Virus record (IMG/VR): IMGVR_UViG_3300028364_000026
Span: 24,630 to 88,629 of that record
DNA from: a virus
DNA: 64,000 nucleotides
Strand: one strand, 5' to 3'
Under the pieces are notes generated by a model that did not search any database, was not told where the DNA came from, and was given only the letters and a program-made list of their open reading frames with translations. Shown in pieces: positions 7,892 through 17,036 of the stretch. Position numbers and translations under genes: made by a program. Each line of letters begins with the position of its first letter. The stretch's first letter is position 1.

Positions 7892-9619
7892 ATGACAAAA
7901 AGAAGTGTATCCACAGCAACAACGAAAACAACTGTAGCTAAAACTAAAAAAAATAAAATAGAAGATAATGGAGAAGGTTTTGAATCGAAAGCTAATCTTT
8001 TATCTCAAATAAAGTTAGTTTTAAAACACAAAAACGAGAACCAAAAAAAACTAACTCAATCAATTAAAGATAACGATGTTACAATATGTACTGGTTCAGC
8101 TGGTACTGGTAAAGCACAACCACTTGATTCATTAATTTTAACACCAAACGGGTATGTAACCATGGGTAGTATAAAATTAGGTGATAATGTTATTGGTGTC
8201 AACGGCAACCCGATAAAGGTTGATGGGGTTTACCCTAAAGGTGAAAAAGAAATTTATATTATTACTTTTTCAGACGGAACATCAACGGAATGTTGTGGAG
8301 AACATTTATGGTTTACACAAACAGATTTAGATAGAAAGAAAGTAACATTAGGTGATGAAACTAATAAATATGGTTCTGTTAAAAACACAATCGAAATAAT
8401 GAATAGTCTGCTTGTTGGTGATGATTTAGCAAAATTAAACCACACTATACCAATTGTTAAACCAATCAATTTTATAAAAAAACAAGTAGTGTTAGAACCT
8501 TATTCACTTGGGTGTTTATTAAGCAATATTGATTATAGAGTTAACACTATACCTGACTCCTCAGATAATAACGCTATACCAGAAGAATACTTAATTAATG
8601 ACGTAAATACCAGAATAGAACTGTTACAAGGGTTATTAGATACAGAAGGTTCAGTCGATGAAAGTTCTGGGACCCCAGTGTTTTATTCTATTTCCGAAAA
8701 ATTAATTGAAAATGTTATGTTTTTAATTCAATCACTAGGTGGAACAGCGATTAAAACAAAAGAAATTAATGATATTTATAAATTAAATATTAATTTACCA
8801 TCTGACATAGTTCCCTTTAAATCAGAAACTAAAATACGTTTATTAAAACAAAAAAATAAAAATCATCCTATTAGATATATTAAAAACATTGAACTAAAAG
8901 GTAATAAAGAGGTTCAATGTATTTCAGTTGATGATAGTAATCATTTATATTTGACAAACGATTGTATTGTAACACACAACACTTATTTGTCATGTCTTCA
9001 ATCCCTTTTAGAAATAAAAAGCGATAACAAAATAAATAAAATAGTTTTAGTTAAATCAGTCACAACATTAAAAACAGAAGAAATTGGTTTTTTAAAAGGT
9101 TCGATGGAGGAAAAAATGGAACCATTCATGTATTCGTTTACTGGTAATTTCGAAAAACTAATTGGTGGTGGTTTATTTAAAAAACTAAAAGAAAATCAAA
9201 CTATTCAAATATTACCAATAGCTTATCTTAGAGGTGTAAACATTGACAATGCGGTAGTTATTATTGACGAAGCTCAAAATATTAGTATTGATAACATAAG
9301 AACTATTTTAACTAGGTTAGGTGAAAACAGTAAAATGGTTTTTTTAGGTGACACTAAACAAATAGATGTTAAGAATAAATATGATAGTGCTTTAGGTTTT
9401 TTAATTGAAAATTTTAAAACAATAAATAATATTGGGATTGTAGAATTCACTAAAGAAGATATAATAAGACATAAGTTAATCAAAGTCATTGAGGACGTAT
9501 TTGATAAATTAGAAGAAGAAAAAAAAATAAAAAACACTATAAGACCAAAAATCGCTCATAAACAAATTATAGTAAAACCAAAAAATACTATATTAGAACG
9601 CATTAAGAATTTATTTTAA
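7892..9619 (+). CDS. phoH: PhoH-family ATPase with intein
   Basis: GSAGTGK|T Walker A split by the intein; IGFLKG, YLRG, IIDEAQN, TRLGENSK, GDTKQID. Confidence 0.92.
   Translation: MTKRSVSTATTKTTVAKTKKNKIEDNGEGFESKANLLSQIKLVLKHKNENQKKLTQSIKDNDVTICTGSAGTGKAQPLDSLILTPNGYVTMGSIKLGDNVIGVNGNPIKVDGVYPKGEKEIYIITFSDGTSTECCGEHLWFTQTDLDRKKVTLGDETNKYGSVKNTIEIMNSLLVGDDLAKLNHTIPIVKPINFIKKQVVLEPYSLGCLLSNIDYRVNTIPDSSDNNAIPEEYLINDVNTRIELLQGLLDTEGSVDESSGTPVFYSISEKLIENVMFLIQSLGGTAIKTKEINDIYKLNINLPSDIVPFKSETKIRLLKQKNKNHPIRYIKNIELKGNKEVQCISVDDSNHLYLTNDCIVTHNTYLSCLQSLLEIKSDNKINKIVLVKSVTTLKTEEIGFLKGSMEEKMEPFMYSFTGNFEKLIGGGLFKKLKENQTIQILPIAYLRGVNIDNAVVIIDEAQNISIDNIRTILTRLGENSKMVFLGDTKQIDVKNKYDSALGFLIENFKTINNIGIVEFTKEDIIRHKLIKVIEDVFDKLEEEKKIKNTIRPKIAHKQIIVKPKNTILERIKNLF
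8114..8980 (+). mobile_element. Class 3 intein (Ala1, 289 aa) with degenerate LAGLIDADG
   Basis: AQPLDSLILTPNG start; W-C-T signature (EHLW, VQCI, VTHN); Thr+1; LQGLLDTEG. Confidence 0.88.
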
Positions 9620-9644
9620 TAAAAACTATCTTTTACTTTACTTA

Positions 9645-9682
9645 TCCCTATCAAACCATTAAATTGGTTTATTAGGGATTTT
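9645..9682 (+). terminator. Intrinsic terminator
   Basis: ATCCCTA..AAACCA..TGGTTT..TAGGGAT followed by T run. Confidence 0.6.
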
Positions 9683-9720
9683 TAATTCTAAATAAATAAT
9701 AAAAAACAAATAAAAAAAAC

Positions 9721-10323
9721 ATGGCAAAAATAGCTGTTTCATTAAACGAAGTTGTGAGAGATTTCTTAGGTCAATTAGTAAGCACCCACAATAAATATTT
9801 ACCTCCAATTGATTTAGTTGAAGGAGATGTAACCGACTTTAATCTTGTTTCTCATTTTAATTTTACGAGTGTTAATCAAATGAATAATTTTATTTTTTTG
9901 GAAGCACCTCTTGAAATTTTTGGGCATGCCGATGTATTAACAGATGGTTTAATGAATTCGTTTAACAACTTAATAATGGATATTTCAGACGATGAAGAAC
10001 ACACAATTGAAATTACCAGCCGTGAAGTAGATAAAAGCATTCCATCAACTTTCTTTTACTTATCTAAGACTGGCTGTAAAATTAAAAATATTAGGTTCGT
10101 TACACAGAACATAGATGAATGGGGTGATGCTGATGTATTAATCACAGCCAACCCAATTGCTTTAGCAAATAAACCGAATGGTAAAATAAGTGTAAAGGTA
10201 AATGCGTCATATAATACAGATGTCAATGCAGATTTTACAATAGATTCCTTATTAGAATTTATTAATGACATTAATTTTAGAAACACTGTATTAAATACAA
10301 AAATAATAAGTTACGAAGAATAA
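9721..10323 (+). CDS. HAD/5'(3')-nucleotidase-like protein, degenerate motif I
   Basis: IAVSLNEVVRD in place of DxDgV; DVLITANP and KVNASYN C-terminal pattern. Confidence 0.45.
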   Translation: MAKIAVSLNEVVRDFLGQLVSTHNKYLPPIDLVEGDVTDFNLVSHFNFTSVNQMNNFIFLEAPLEIFGHADVLTDGLMNSFNNLIMDISDDEEHTIEITSREVDKSIPSTFFYLSKTGCKIKNIRFVTQNIDEWGDADVLITANPIALANKPNGKISVKVNASYNTDVNADFTIDSLLEFINDINFRNTVLNTKIISYEE

Positions 10324-10336
10324 AAAAAAAAGAGAA

Positions 10337-10699
10337 ATGATTGAATTTGCTGGTATTGCATATAAATTAGATTTAAACGCTTTTTCTAAAGCGATAGAAG
10401 TTGAGGGTCAGAAACATACGGATATTTTAAGTGAAAAAGTTTTTAAGGAACACTTAAATGAACTTAATGCTTTTCAAACCACTGAAATAACAACAAACGA
10501 AACACTACGTGGGGTAACAATTGATTCTACTAAGTATGAACTTCTTAGGTTCTTAATTGATATGATTATTGATGAAGAACTACATGATTCACCAGATGAA
10601 AGTTTAGGTATAGATAGATTTATGAGTAAAAAAAGTTTCGGTTATAGATTAGCTTTTAACACACTATTAGATAATAAAATTCTTGTAGGAGAAGAATAA
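10337..10699 (+). CDS. Hypothetical protein
   Basis: ORF within operon. Confidence 0.75.
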   Translation: MIEFAGIAYKLDLNAFSKAIEVEGQKHTDILSEKVFKEHLNELNAFQTTEITTNETLRGVTIDSTKYELLRFLIDMIIDEELHDSPDESLGIDRFMSKKSFGYRLAFNTLLDNKILVGEE

Positions 10700-10726
10700 A
10701 ACAAAATAAATAAATAAAAATATAAA

Positions 10727-11860
10727 ATGGAAAAGAATTTAGAAAAAATTGATACACAAATTTCTCAATTAACAGAAGTTATAGAAAAAATCGAAAATAA
10801 AGATTTTAGTATCTACTATTTCACACTAGACACCAAAGGTAACCCAACAGCTGGTGTTGCTAATATTTACGAACACGTAAAATTATTAAATGAATTAGGT
10901 TATAAAGCGTTTATTCTACATGAGAGAGACGATTATAAGTTATATAAAGACGAAGATGGTCAAGGGTTAGCCGACTGGTTAGGTGATGAGTATGCTGTAT
11001 TACCACATATTTCAATACAAGGACAAACATTAAATGTTTCACCTTCAGACATTATTTTAATTCCAGAGATTTTTTCAACAATCATGGAACAAATAAAAGG
11101 GTTTCCTTGTAAAAAGATTGTTTTATCTCAAAGTTATGATTACTTATTAGATTTACTACCTATCGGCACGAGATGGAACGTTGATTATGGTTTTAATGAT
11201 GTGATAACTACTTCTGAAAAACAAGCAAACTATATTAAAAATTTGTTTCCTTCTATTTCAACACACATTGTGCCTGTGTCTATTCCTAAATACTTCAAGG
11301 ACAGCGATAAACCAAAAATCCCAGTAGTTGCTATTCTTACTAGAAATCAAGGTGAAGCCGCAAAAATAGCTAAGGCGTTTTATTTACAATTCCCAATATA
11401 CAAGTGGGTTACTTTTAAAGAATTAAGAAATATCCCAAGAGAAAAGTTTGCAGAAGAATTAGGTAAGTGTTGTTTAGCTATTTGGGTTGACGAAACATCT
11501 GGTTTTGGTACTTTCCCATTAGAAGCTATGGAAACGAATACACCAATCATTGGTAAAATACCTAATATGGTTCCAGAATGGATGGAAACCCAAGACAAAG
11601 ATGGTAATGTAACAATCACCGACAATGGTATTTGGACAAGTACAACTACAAATATTCCAGAATTAATTTCCACATACTTAAAACTTTGGTTAGAGGATTC
11701 AGTACCAACCGAATTAACTGATACAATGGAAGCGACTAAAGGTCGTTACTCTGTTGAAAATCAAATGGAAAAAATAACATCTGTTTATGACAGTATTATA
11801 ACTAATCGTGTTTTAGAATTTAAGCAGAGAGTTTCAATTTTAGAATTAAGTAAGAAATAA
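10727..11860 (+). CDS. Glycosyltransferase (GT-B/GT4-like)
   Basis: GVANIYEHVKLLNELGY; SGFGTFPLEAMETNTPIIG. Confidence 0.75.
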   Translation: MEKNLEKIDTQISQLTEVIEKIENKDFSIYYFTLDTKGNPTAGVANIYEHVKLLNELGYKAFILHERDDYKLYKDEDGQGLADWLGDEYAVLPHISIQGQTLNVSPSDIILIPEIFSTIMEQIKGFPCKKIVLSQSYDYLLDLLPIGTRWNVDYGFNDVITTSEKQANYIKNLFPSISTHIVPVSIPKYFKDSDKPKIPVVAILTRNQGEAAKIAKAFYLQFPIYKWVTFKELRNIPREKFAEELGKCCLAIWVDETSGFGTFPLEAMETNTPIIGKIPNMVPEWMETQDKDGNVTITDNGIWTSTTTNIPELISTYLKLWLEDSVPTELTDTMEATKGRYSVENQMEKITSVYDSIITNRVLEFKQRVSILELSKK

Positions 11861-11881
11861 AAATTAACAAAAAAAGACAAA

Positions 11882-12679
11882 ATGAAAAATAAAAATAGTA
11901 TTTCAGTGATTATTCCAGTCCATGAATTGGATGAAATCACTACACAGACTTTCGGTAAAGCAATTGAAAGTATTATCATCCAACTTGAACGACCAGAAGA
12001 AGTTGTTATTGTTGTCCCTAAAGGTAGTTTAGCACTATCATTCATGAAATCATTTGATTTTGGGGAAATAAAAAATATTGTAGTAATTGCTGAAAACGAT
12101 GGTTTAACAGATTTTTCCTCTCAAGTTAATTTTGGGGTAGAATACTCTAAAATGGATTGGATTAGTGTTTTAGAATACGATGACGAATATTCTAATATTT
12201 GGTTTAAAAATGTGGTTAAATACAGAGATGCATATAAAAATACTGAACTATTCTTACCAATTGTTGTAGATGTTGACAATACTGGAGCTTTTAATGGGTT
12301 TACAAATGAAGCTGTTTGGGCGAATGAGTTTTCAGAACAATTAGGTATTTTAGATACTGATGCTTTATTAGCATACCAAAATTTCAACATTGATGGGATG
12401 GTTATTAAGAAAAGTGTTTATCAAGAGTTTGGTGGTTTTAAACCATCGGTAAAATTAACTTTCATTACAGAATTTTTACTTAGAATGACTTTCAAAGACG
12501 TAAAAGTGATGGTAATCCCTAAATTTGGTTATAAACACATTAATCTTAGAGAGGGTGGGTTATTTTCTACTTATAAACAAACTATGGACCCAACTGAAGT
12601 AAAATGGTGGTTAAATGTAGCAAAAAAGGAATACTTTTTTGATAAAGACAGAGAACTAACATACGATAAACAACTTTAA
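11882..12679 (+). CDS. Glycosyltransferase family 2-like
   Basis: ISVIIPVH, VNFG, LEYDD, FGGF motifs. Confidence 0.8.
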   Translation: MKNKNSISVIIPVHELDEITTQTFGKAIESIIIQLERPEEVVIVVPKGSLALSFMKSFDFGEIKNIVVIAENDGLTDFSSQVNFGVEYSKMDWISVLEYDDEYSNIWFKNVVKYRDAYKNTELFLPIVVDVDNTGAFNGFTNEAVWANEFSEQLGILDTDALLAYQNFNIDGMVIKKSVYQEFGGFKPSVKLTFITEFLLRMTFKDVKVMVIPKFGYKHINLREGGLFSTYKQTMDPTEVKWWLNVAKKEYFFDKDRELTYDKQL

Positions 12680-12682
12680 TGG

Positions 12683-13411
12683 ATGGTAACCAAAAAAACT
12701 AGGAAGTCCAAAACTAAAATGTATTTTGGTCCAGAGCAAGAACAAGCCGTTTTGGACTACATAGATAGCAGTGATGAAACTTTAAAAAATAACATATTTA
12801 ACGAATGGTTGAAAGCACCAATCGATAAAATGGTTGAATCTATTATAAGACGTTATGGGTTATATAGGAAGACTGAAACATTCGATATTTCACATACTGA
12901 CGCTGTTTCTGATTTAATGACTAAGATACATAAATTTAAACATGGTAAAGGTAAAAAAGCCTATTCATATTTTGGGACTATAATAAAAAATTACGTTCTT
13001 GGTTTGTTGATTAAAGACGCTAAACATTTAAAGAAAATGACATCATATGATATTGTTGCAAGTTCTTTAGAAGAAAGTGAAGAATTTTCATACCATATTG
13101 ATACAGAAGAATTTGTTTTTGATGAATTCTTTATTAAACTATCCAATGGTATTAAAGAAGAAATGAAAGACGATGATTATCCAGTAAAGAAAAAGCTGAG
13201 TGAGAACGAAAAAAAATTAGGTTATTCGTTAATTGATATATTAGAAAATTGGGAAACTTTATTTGAAGGAATGGAAGGTGGTTCAAAATATAATAAAAAT
13301 TCAGTTTTAGAAACAATTAGAAACTATACCAATCTTTCAACTAAAGATATTAGATTATGTATGAAGCGATATAAAGCGGTATATGATTTATTAAAAAATC
13401 ATGGGTTGTAG
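12683..13411 (+). CDS. Putative late sigma factor (T4 gp55-like)
   Basis: KFKHGKGKKAYSYFGTIIKNY resembles sigma region 2 of gp55-like factors. Confidence 0.5.
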   Translation: MVTKKTRKSKTKMYFGPEQEQAVLDYIDSSDETLKNNIFNEWLKAPIDKMVESIIRRYGLYRKTETFDISHTDAVSDLMTKIHKFKHGKGKKAYSYFGTIIKNYVLGLLIKDAKHLKKMTSYDIVASSLEESEEFSYHIDTEEFVFDEFFIKLSNGIKEEMKDDDYPVKKKLSENEKKLGYSLIDILENWETLFEGMEGGSKYNKNSVLETIRNYTNLSTKDIRLCMKRYKAVYDLLKNHGL

Positions 13412-13427
13412 AATAATAATTTTTACT

Positions 13428-13436
13428 ATATTTATA
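13428..13436 (+). promoter_or_regulatory. Putative late promoter ATATTTAT(A/T); representative of about 20 copies
   Basis: Found on the coding strand shortly upstream of gene starts on both strands (listed in findings). Confidence 0.7.
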
Positions 13437-13449
13437 TATAAACATCATC

Positions 13450-13821
13450 ATGGGAAGAAAGAAAAAACAAGACATTAAAGTAAACGATAATAATTCTTTA
13501 GAAGGAGTTATGCAAGAAGTATATAATGACGCATGTCTACAAATAATTGAAACCCAAAACTGTATCAATGAATTAGGTGTGGGTAACAAGCCAGAGAATA
13601 TTGGTGAAGTTGCTATAATAGTAAAAGAAAAAGGTGGTATGCTTAAATTAAAAGATTCCGCAATTAGAATAAAATTAGAAGTCGCCAAACTGCAAAGTGA
13701 TATCATAAAAAACAGAGGTGATGTTGTTTCTAGTGTAGATGAAAGAAGTGCTGGTACTGCATCAATAAAAGATTTTAATTCTATTAGAGAAATGTTAAAA
13801 AATAATAAAGAACAAAAATAA
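13450..13821 (+). CDS. Hypothetical protein
   Basis: ORF after late-promoter box. Confidence 0.75.
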   Translation: MGRKKKQDIKVNDNNSLEGVMQEVYNDACLQIIETQNCINELGVGNKPENIGEVAIIVKEKGGMLKLKDSAIRIKLEVAKLQSDIIKNRGDVVSSVDERSAGTASIKDFNSIREMLKNNKEQK

Positions 13822-13828
13822 CTTTTTC

Positions 13829-15241
13829 ATGAGTCAAATAGACAAGAAGAAAAAAATATTTGGTAACATAGCTGCATCTAAAACTTTGACTGAAACAATG
13901 CCAAAGATACTAGCTGTGTTACAATCAACAAATAATGATTCAAACGTAATTAATTTTTTAACTGATTTAATTAAACAATTAATTGGACAAAAAGAATTAG
14001 ACACCACAATTGTTGACTTCTTAACCAAGTTATTACCTAAAATTGAAACAACAATTAAAAAAGCATTAAAATCTCAACTAAAAAGTATAGTTAGTTGCGG
14101 AATAAACCCATCTATACCTACATTTTTAAAATCCAATGGAGATGGGATTGTAATTGAAGTTAAAAAAATTGATTTTACTGACCTATTAAAAATAGACCCA
14201 GAATCATCAATAGGTTCTTTGGTATACTTAGATTCACGTAATGGTTTACAATCAAGTGATTTAAATACTTTTATACACGCTGTAATTCAGGATGATGGTG
14301 TTGAACATGCTTGGAAGGGGATATTAAATTTTAAATTTGTATCATTGGATGCCAATGGCGTTAATCCAAATAACTCATTAATTATAAAAGCAACAGCTCT
14401 TTATGAAAACAAATCTTTTAATGATTTAAATAATGATTTTGTTGATTCAATTAAATTATTCGATACAGCAAATATTATTAACAAGGTGATGGACATTATT
14501 TTTGGTTCAATCTCATTTAATTTAAAAAAAACATCTAAACAATTAGAAATAGAAGGTAAAATAAATGCTGTTGTTGATAAATTAGTTGATTTAGATGAAG
14601 AGGATATTATTAGTGATGATTATTTCACTTTTAATAACGAAGAATTATCAAAAATACAAACAGAAGCCGACAACAGAAAAAGAGGTTTTATTGAATTAGA
14701 AACTAGCTCTAAGGTTTCTGCAACAATAAGTGAACAACAATTAGTGGCACTTAGTCAAGAAATGGGTACTGCTGTCACAAAGAAAGAACAAAAGGATGTA
14801 TTAACTAAGAATCTTGGAGCTATGGCCAAATCAAATACAGCTAACTCAAGAAACAAAGCGGATAATTCAACAATAGAAGTTAATTTTATTCAATCTATTA
14901 TAGCTAATTTATTAAAAGCTATAATTGGTGTGTTACTAACACCAAAAATCGTATCTTTGTTTTTAATTAATTTTAAAGTTGTTAATGGACCAGAAGCTAA
15001 ATTTGAAAATGGGATTGATTTTATAAAAAAAAATAATAACTTATTTAAAGTTATAGTAAAAGCAATAACTTTAGAATTGAGTAAGTTATTAGTAGCTATT
15101 GTTTTAAAACATATAGCAAAACTTACACTTAAAGTTCAAGCGAAAAAAAGAATTGATAAACAAAAAAATAAATTGGTTCAAATGTTGAGTTTAATCGGAA
15201 CTCCTCAAGAAGCACTAAGGACAATTAAAGGTTTAAGTTAA
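13829..15241 (+). CDS. Hypothetical, probable virion protein
   Basis: 470-aa ORF in late operon upstream of baseplate hub gene. Confidence 0.7.
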   Translation: MSQIDKKKKIFGNIAASKTLTETMPKILAVLQSTNNDSNVINFLTDLIKQLIGQKELDTTIVDFLTKLLPKIETTIKKALKSQLKSIVSCGINPSIPTFLKSNGDGIVIEVKKIDFTDLLKIDPESSIGSLVYLDSRNGLQSSDLNTFIHAVIQDDGVEHAWKGILNFKFVSLDANGVNPNNSLIIKATALYENKSFNDLNNDFVDSIKLFDTANIINKVMDIIFGSISFNLKKTSKQLEIEGKINAVVDKLVDLDEEDIISDDYFTFNNEELSKIQTEADNRKRGFIELETSSKVSATISEQQLVALSQEMGTAVTKKEQKDVLTKNLGAMAKSNTANSRNKADNSTIEVNFIQSIIANLLKAIIGVLLTPKIVSLFLINFKVVNGPEAKFENGIDFIKKNNNLFKVIVKAITLELSKLLVAIVLKHIAKLTLKVQAKKRIDKQKNKLVQMLSLIGTPQEALRTIKGLS

Positions 15242-15828
15242 TGAGTTTTAATAATAATAATAATAGTAATAATAATATAAACACAGTAAACGACAATATA
15301 GATGAGGTAAACGACAATATAGATGCAGTAAACAACAATATAGATGCAGCAAAAAATACGTTTAATACTAATAAAAAAGGGATAAACGACACTGTCGATT
15401 CAGTAAATTCACTGAAAAAAAGTAAATTTAATCTCTCAACTCTTACTGGTGTTCTGAATATAATATTGGCGGCTTTTTCAATACCAGAAGAACCTTTGAT
15501 TCCTTTACCACCACCATTGTTATTAATAGGTGCCAAATTAAGACCAGGAATTTCAGCATCATCAATTGCCTCTAGAATTATTTCCAGACAATCAGAAGCT
15601 GGGAGACAAGTCGGTGATGCCTTTGCTGATGGACCAAACAATGAAGAAGCCATGGAACTGATTAGAGTTGAAGAAATGTTGAATTCATTATTAACTGAAG
15701 CTAAGGTTGAGATAGTTATACCACCTGGGGTTGGGGTTTTCACTCTTGGTGTAGGTAATTTAGGAGCACCAGTTGTTTCACAAGGCATAACAACCACCAT
15801 TGGGATTGGTGAAGGAGTTTTAAGATAA
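15241..15828 (+). CDS. Hypothetical, probable baseplate-associated protein
   Basis: TAATG coupling to previous gene; N-terminal Asn-rich repeats. Confidence 0.7.
   Translation: MSFNNNNNSNNNINTVNDNIDEVNDNIDAVNNNIDAAKNTFNTNKKGINDTVDSVNSLKKSKFNLSTLTGVLNIILAAFSIPEEPLIPLPPPLLLIGAKLRPGISASSIASRIISRQSEAGRQVGDAFADGPNNEEAMELIRVEEMLNSLLTEAKVEIVIPPGVGVFTLGVGNLGAPVVSQGITTTIGIGEGVLR
15286..15348 (+). repeat. 21-bp tandem repeat x3 (VNDNIDE/A)
   Basis: GTAAACGACAATATAGATG(AG/CA) units. Confidence 0.8.
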
Positions 15829-15833
15829 AAAAA

Positions 15834-16022
15834 ATGGACGAAACAAAAGAAGATTTATTGTTATTAAGTAACAATGAAATACTGTTTAAAATTAAACAGT
15901 ATGAGGCTACGCATACATCGATTAAAGAAAAAATGTTAAGCGATTTAGATAGATTAGAAACAGTCGAAAAACAATTTGATATAGCTAATAAAATAATTTT
16001 AAAAAGACTAAAAGGAGAATAA
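15834..16022 (+). CDS. Small coiled-coil hypothetical protein
   Basis: Fills the operon gap exactly. Confidence 0.65.
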   Translation: MDETKEDLLLLSNNEILFKIKQYEATHTSIKEKMLSDLDRLETVEKQFDIANKIILKRLKGE

Positions 16023-16997
16023 ATGTATTTCAATATTAGTGATGGTAGAACTAGTTTAGCTAGAGGTCAAAATAATCAGGAGAATTTAAGTAACTTCCAA
16101 TATTTAAAATATGGTGAGGTTATTTCTATTGATGATGAATTTGGTTTAGGTAGAATAAAAGTTAGAATAAACGGTGCTATCACTGCTGGTGGAGATAAAG
16201 ATATCTCTAACTCAGAACTACCTTACGCTTTTCCTTTATTACCAAAACATTTGCAGATAATACCTAGAGTTGGTGAAATGGTTTGGGTTTTTGTTTTTGA
16301 TAAAAACAGACAACATGTTGATAGAATTTATATCGGACCAATTACTTCTCAATTAAATAAACTTAATTTCGATGAAGCCAGATTAGCTGCAATGGCTGGA
16401 TTTACTTTTGGTCCTATGAACCCTTCTGTTAATGTAGATTCAATCCCACAACTAAAAGGTATTTTCCCTGATAAAGAAGATATATCTATTCAAGGTCGAT
16501 TCAACACAGATATTACTCAGAAAAGAAATGAAATTGTTCTTAGAGCTGGTAAATTTGAAACTTCCGAAACAAACAAATCAAATCCATACCCTTTTATTTT
16601 TAACACTAGAACTCAAGGTTTTTTACAGATAAAAAATGATGCTATAATAGATGAAAATAAATTGGGAACAATTTCAACCTTAGTGTCAAATAAAATAAAT
16701 TTAATAACTCATAGTGGTGGTAGCCCTAGATTTGATGTCACAAATCAAGATGATTTAATTAGTGACATTGAAATGAAAAGAATATTAACCGAAGCCCATC
16801 AATTACCTTTTGGTGATATTTTATTAGAGTATTTAATTTTAATGAAAAACGCTTTGTTTAACCATGTACATAATGGTAGTGGAAACTCAGCTACAGATTT
16901 ATCTTCTTCGGGTAACAAGCAATCGTTGGGGGTTTTTAAAAAAAGAGCAGATGATTTGGAAAAATCTATGCTTAGTAAAAATATCAGGATAAACTAA
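16023..16997 (+). CDS. Baseplate hub/spike protein (gp5/VgrG-like OB fold)
   Basis: GEVISIDDEFGLGRIKVRI, PRVGEMVWVF, C-terminal HVH. Confidence 0.7.
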   Translation: MYFNISDGRTSLARGQNNQENLSNFQYLKYGEVISIDDEFGLGRIKVRINGAITAGGDKDISNSELPYAFPLLPKHLQIIPRVGEMVWVFVFDKNRQHVDRIYIGPITSQLNKLNFDEARLAAMAGFTFGPMNPSVNVDSIPQLKGIFPDKEDISIQGRFNTDITQKRNEIVLRAGKFETSETNKSNPYPFIFNTRTQGFLQIKNDAIIDENKLGTISTLVSNKINLITHSGGSPRFDVTNQDDLISDIEMKRILTEAHQLPFGDILLEYLILMKNALFNHVHNGSGNSATDLSSSGNKQSLGVFKKRADDLEKSMLSKNIRIN

Positions 16998-17036
16998 TAA
17001 AACCAATCTTTCCTTATATTTATAAACAAAGATAAA

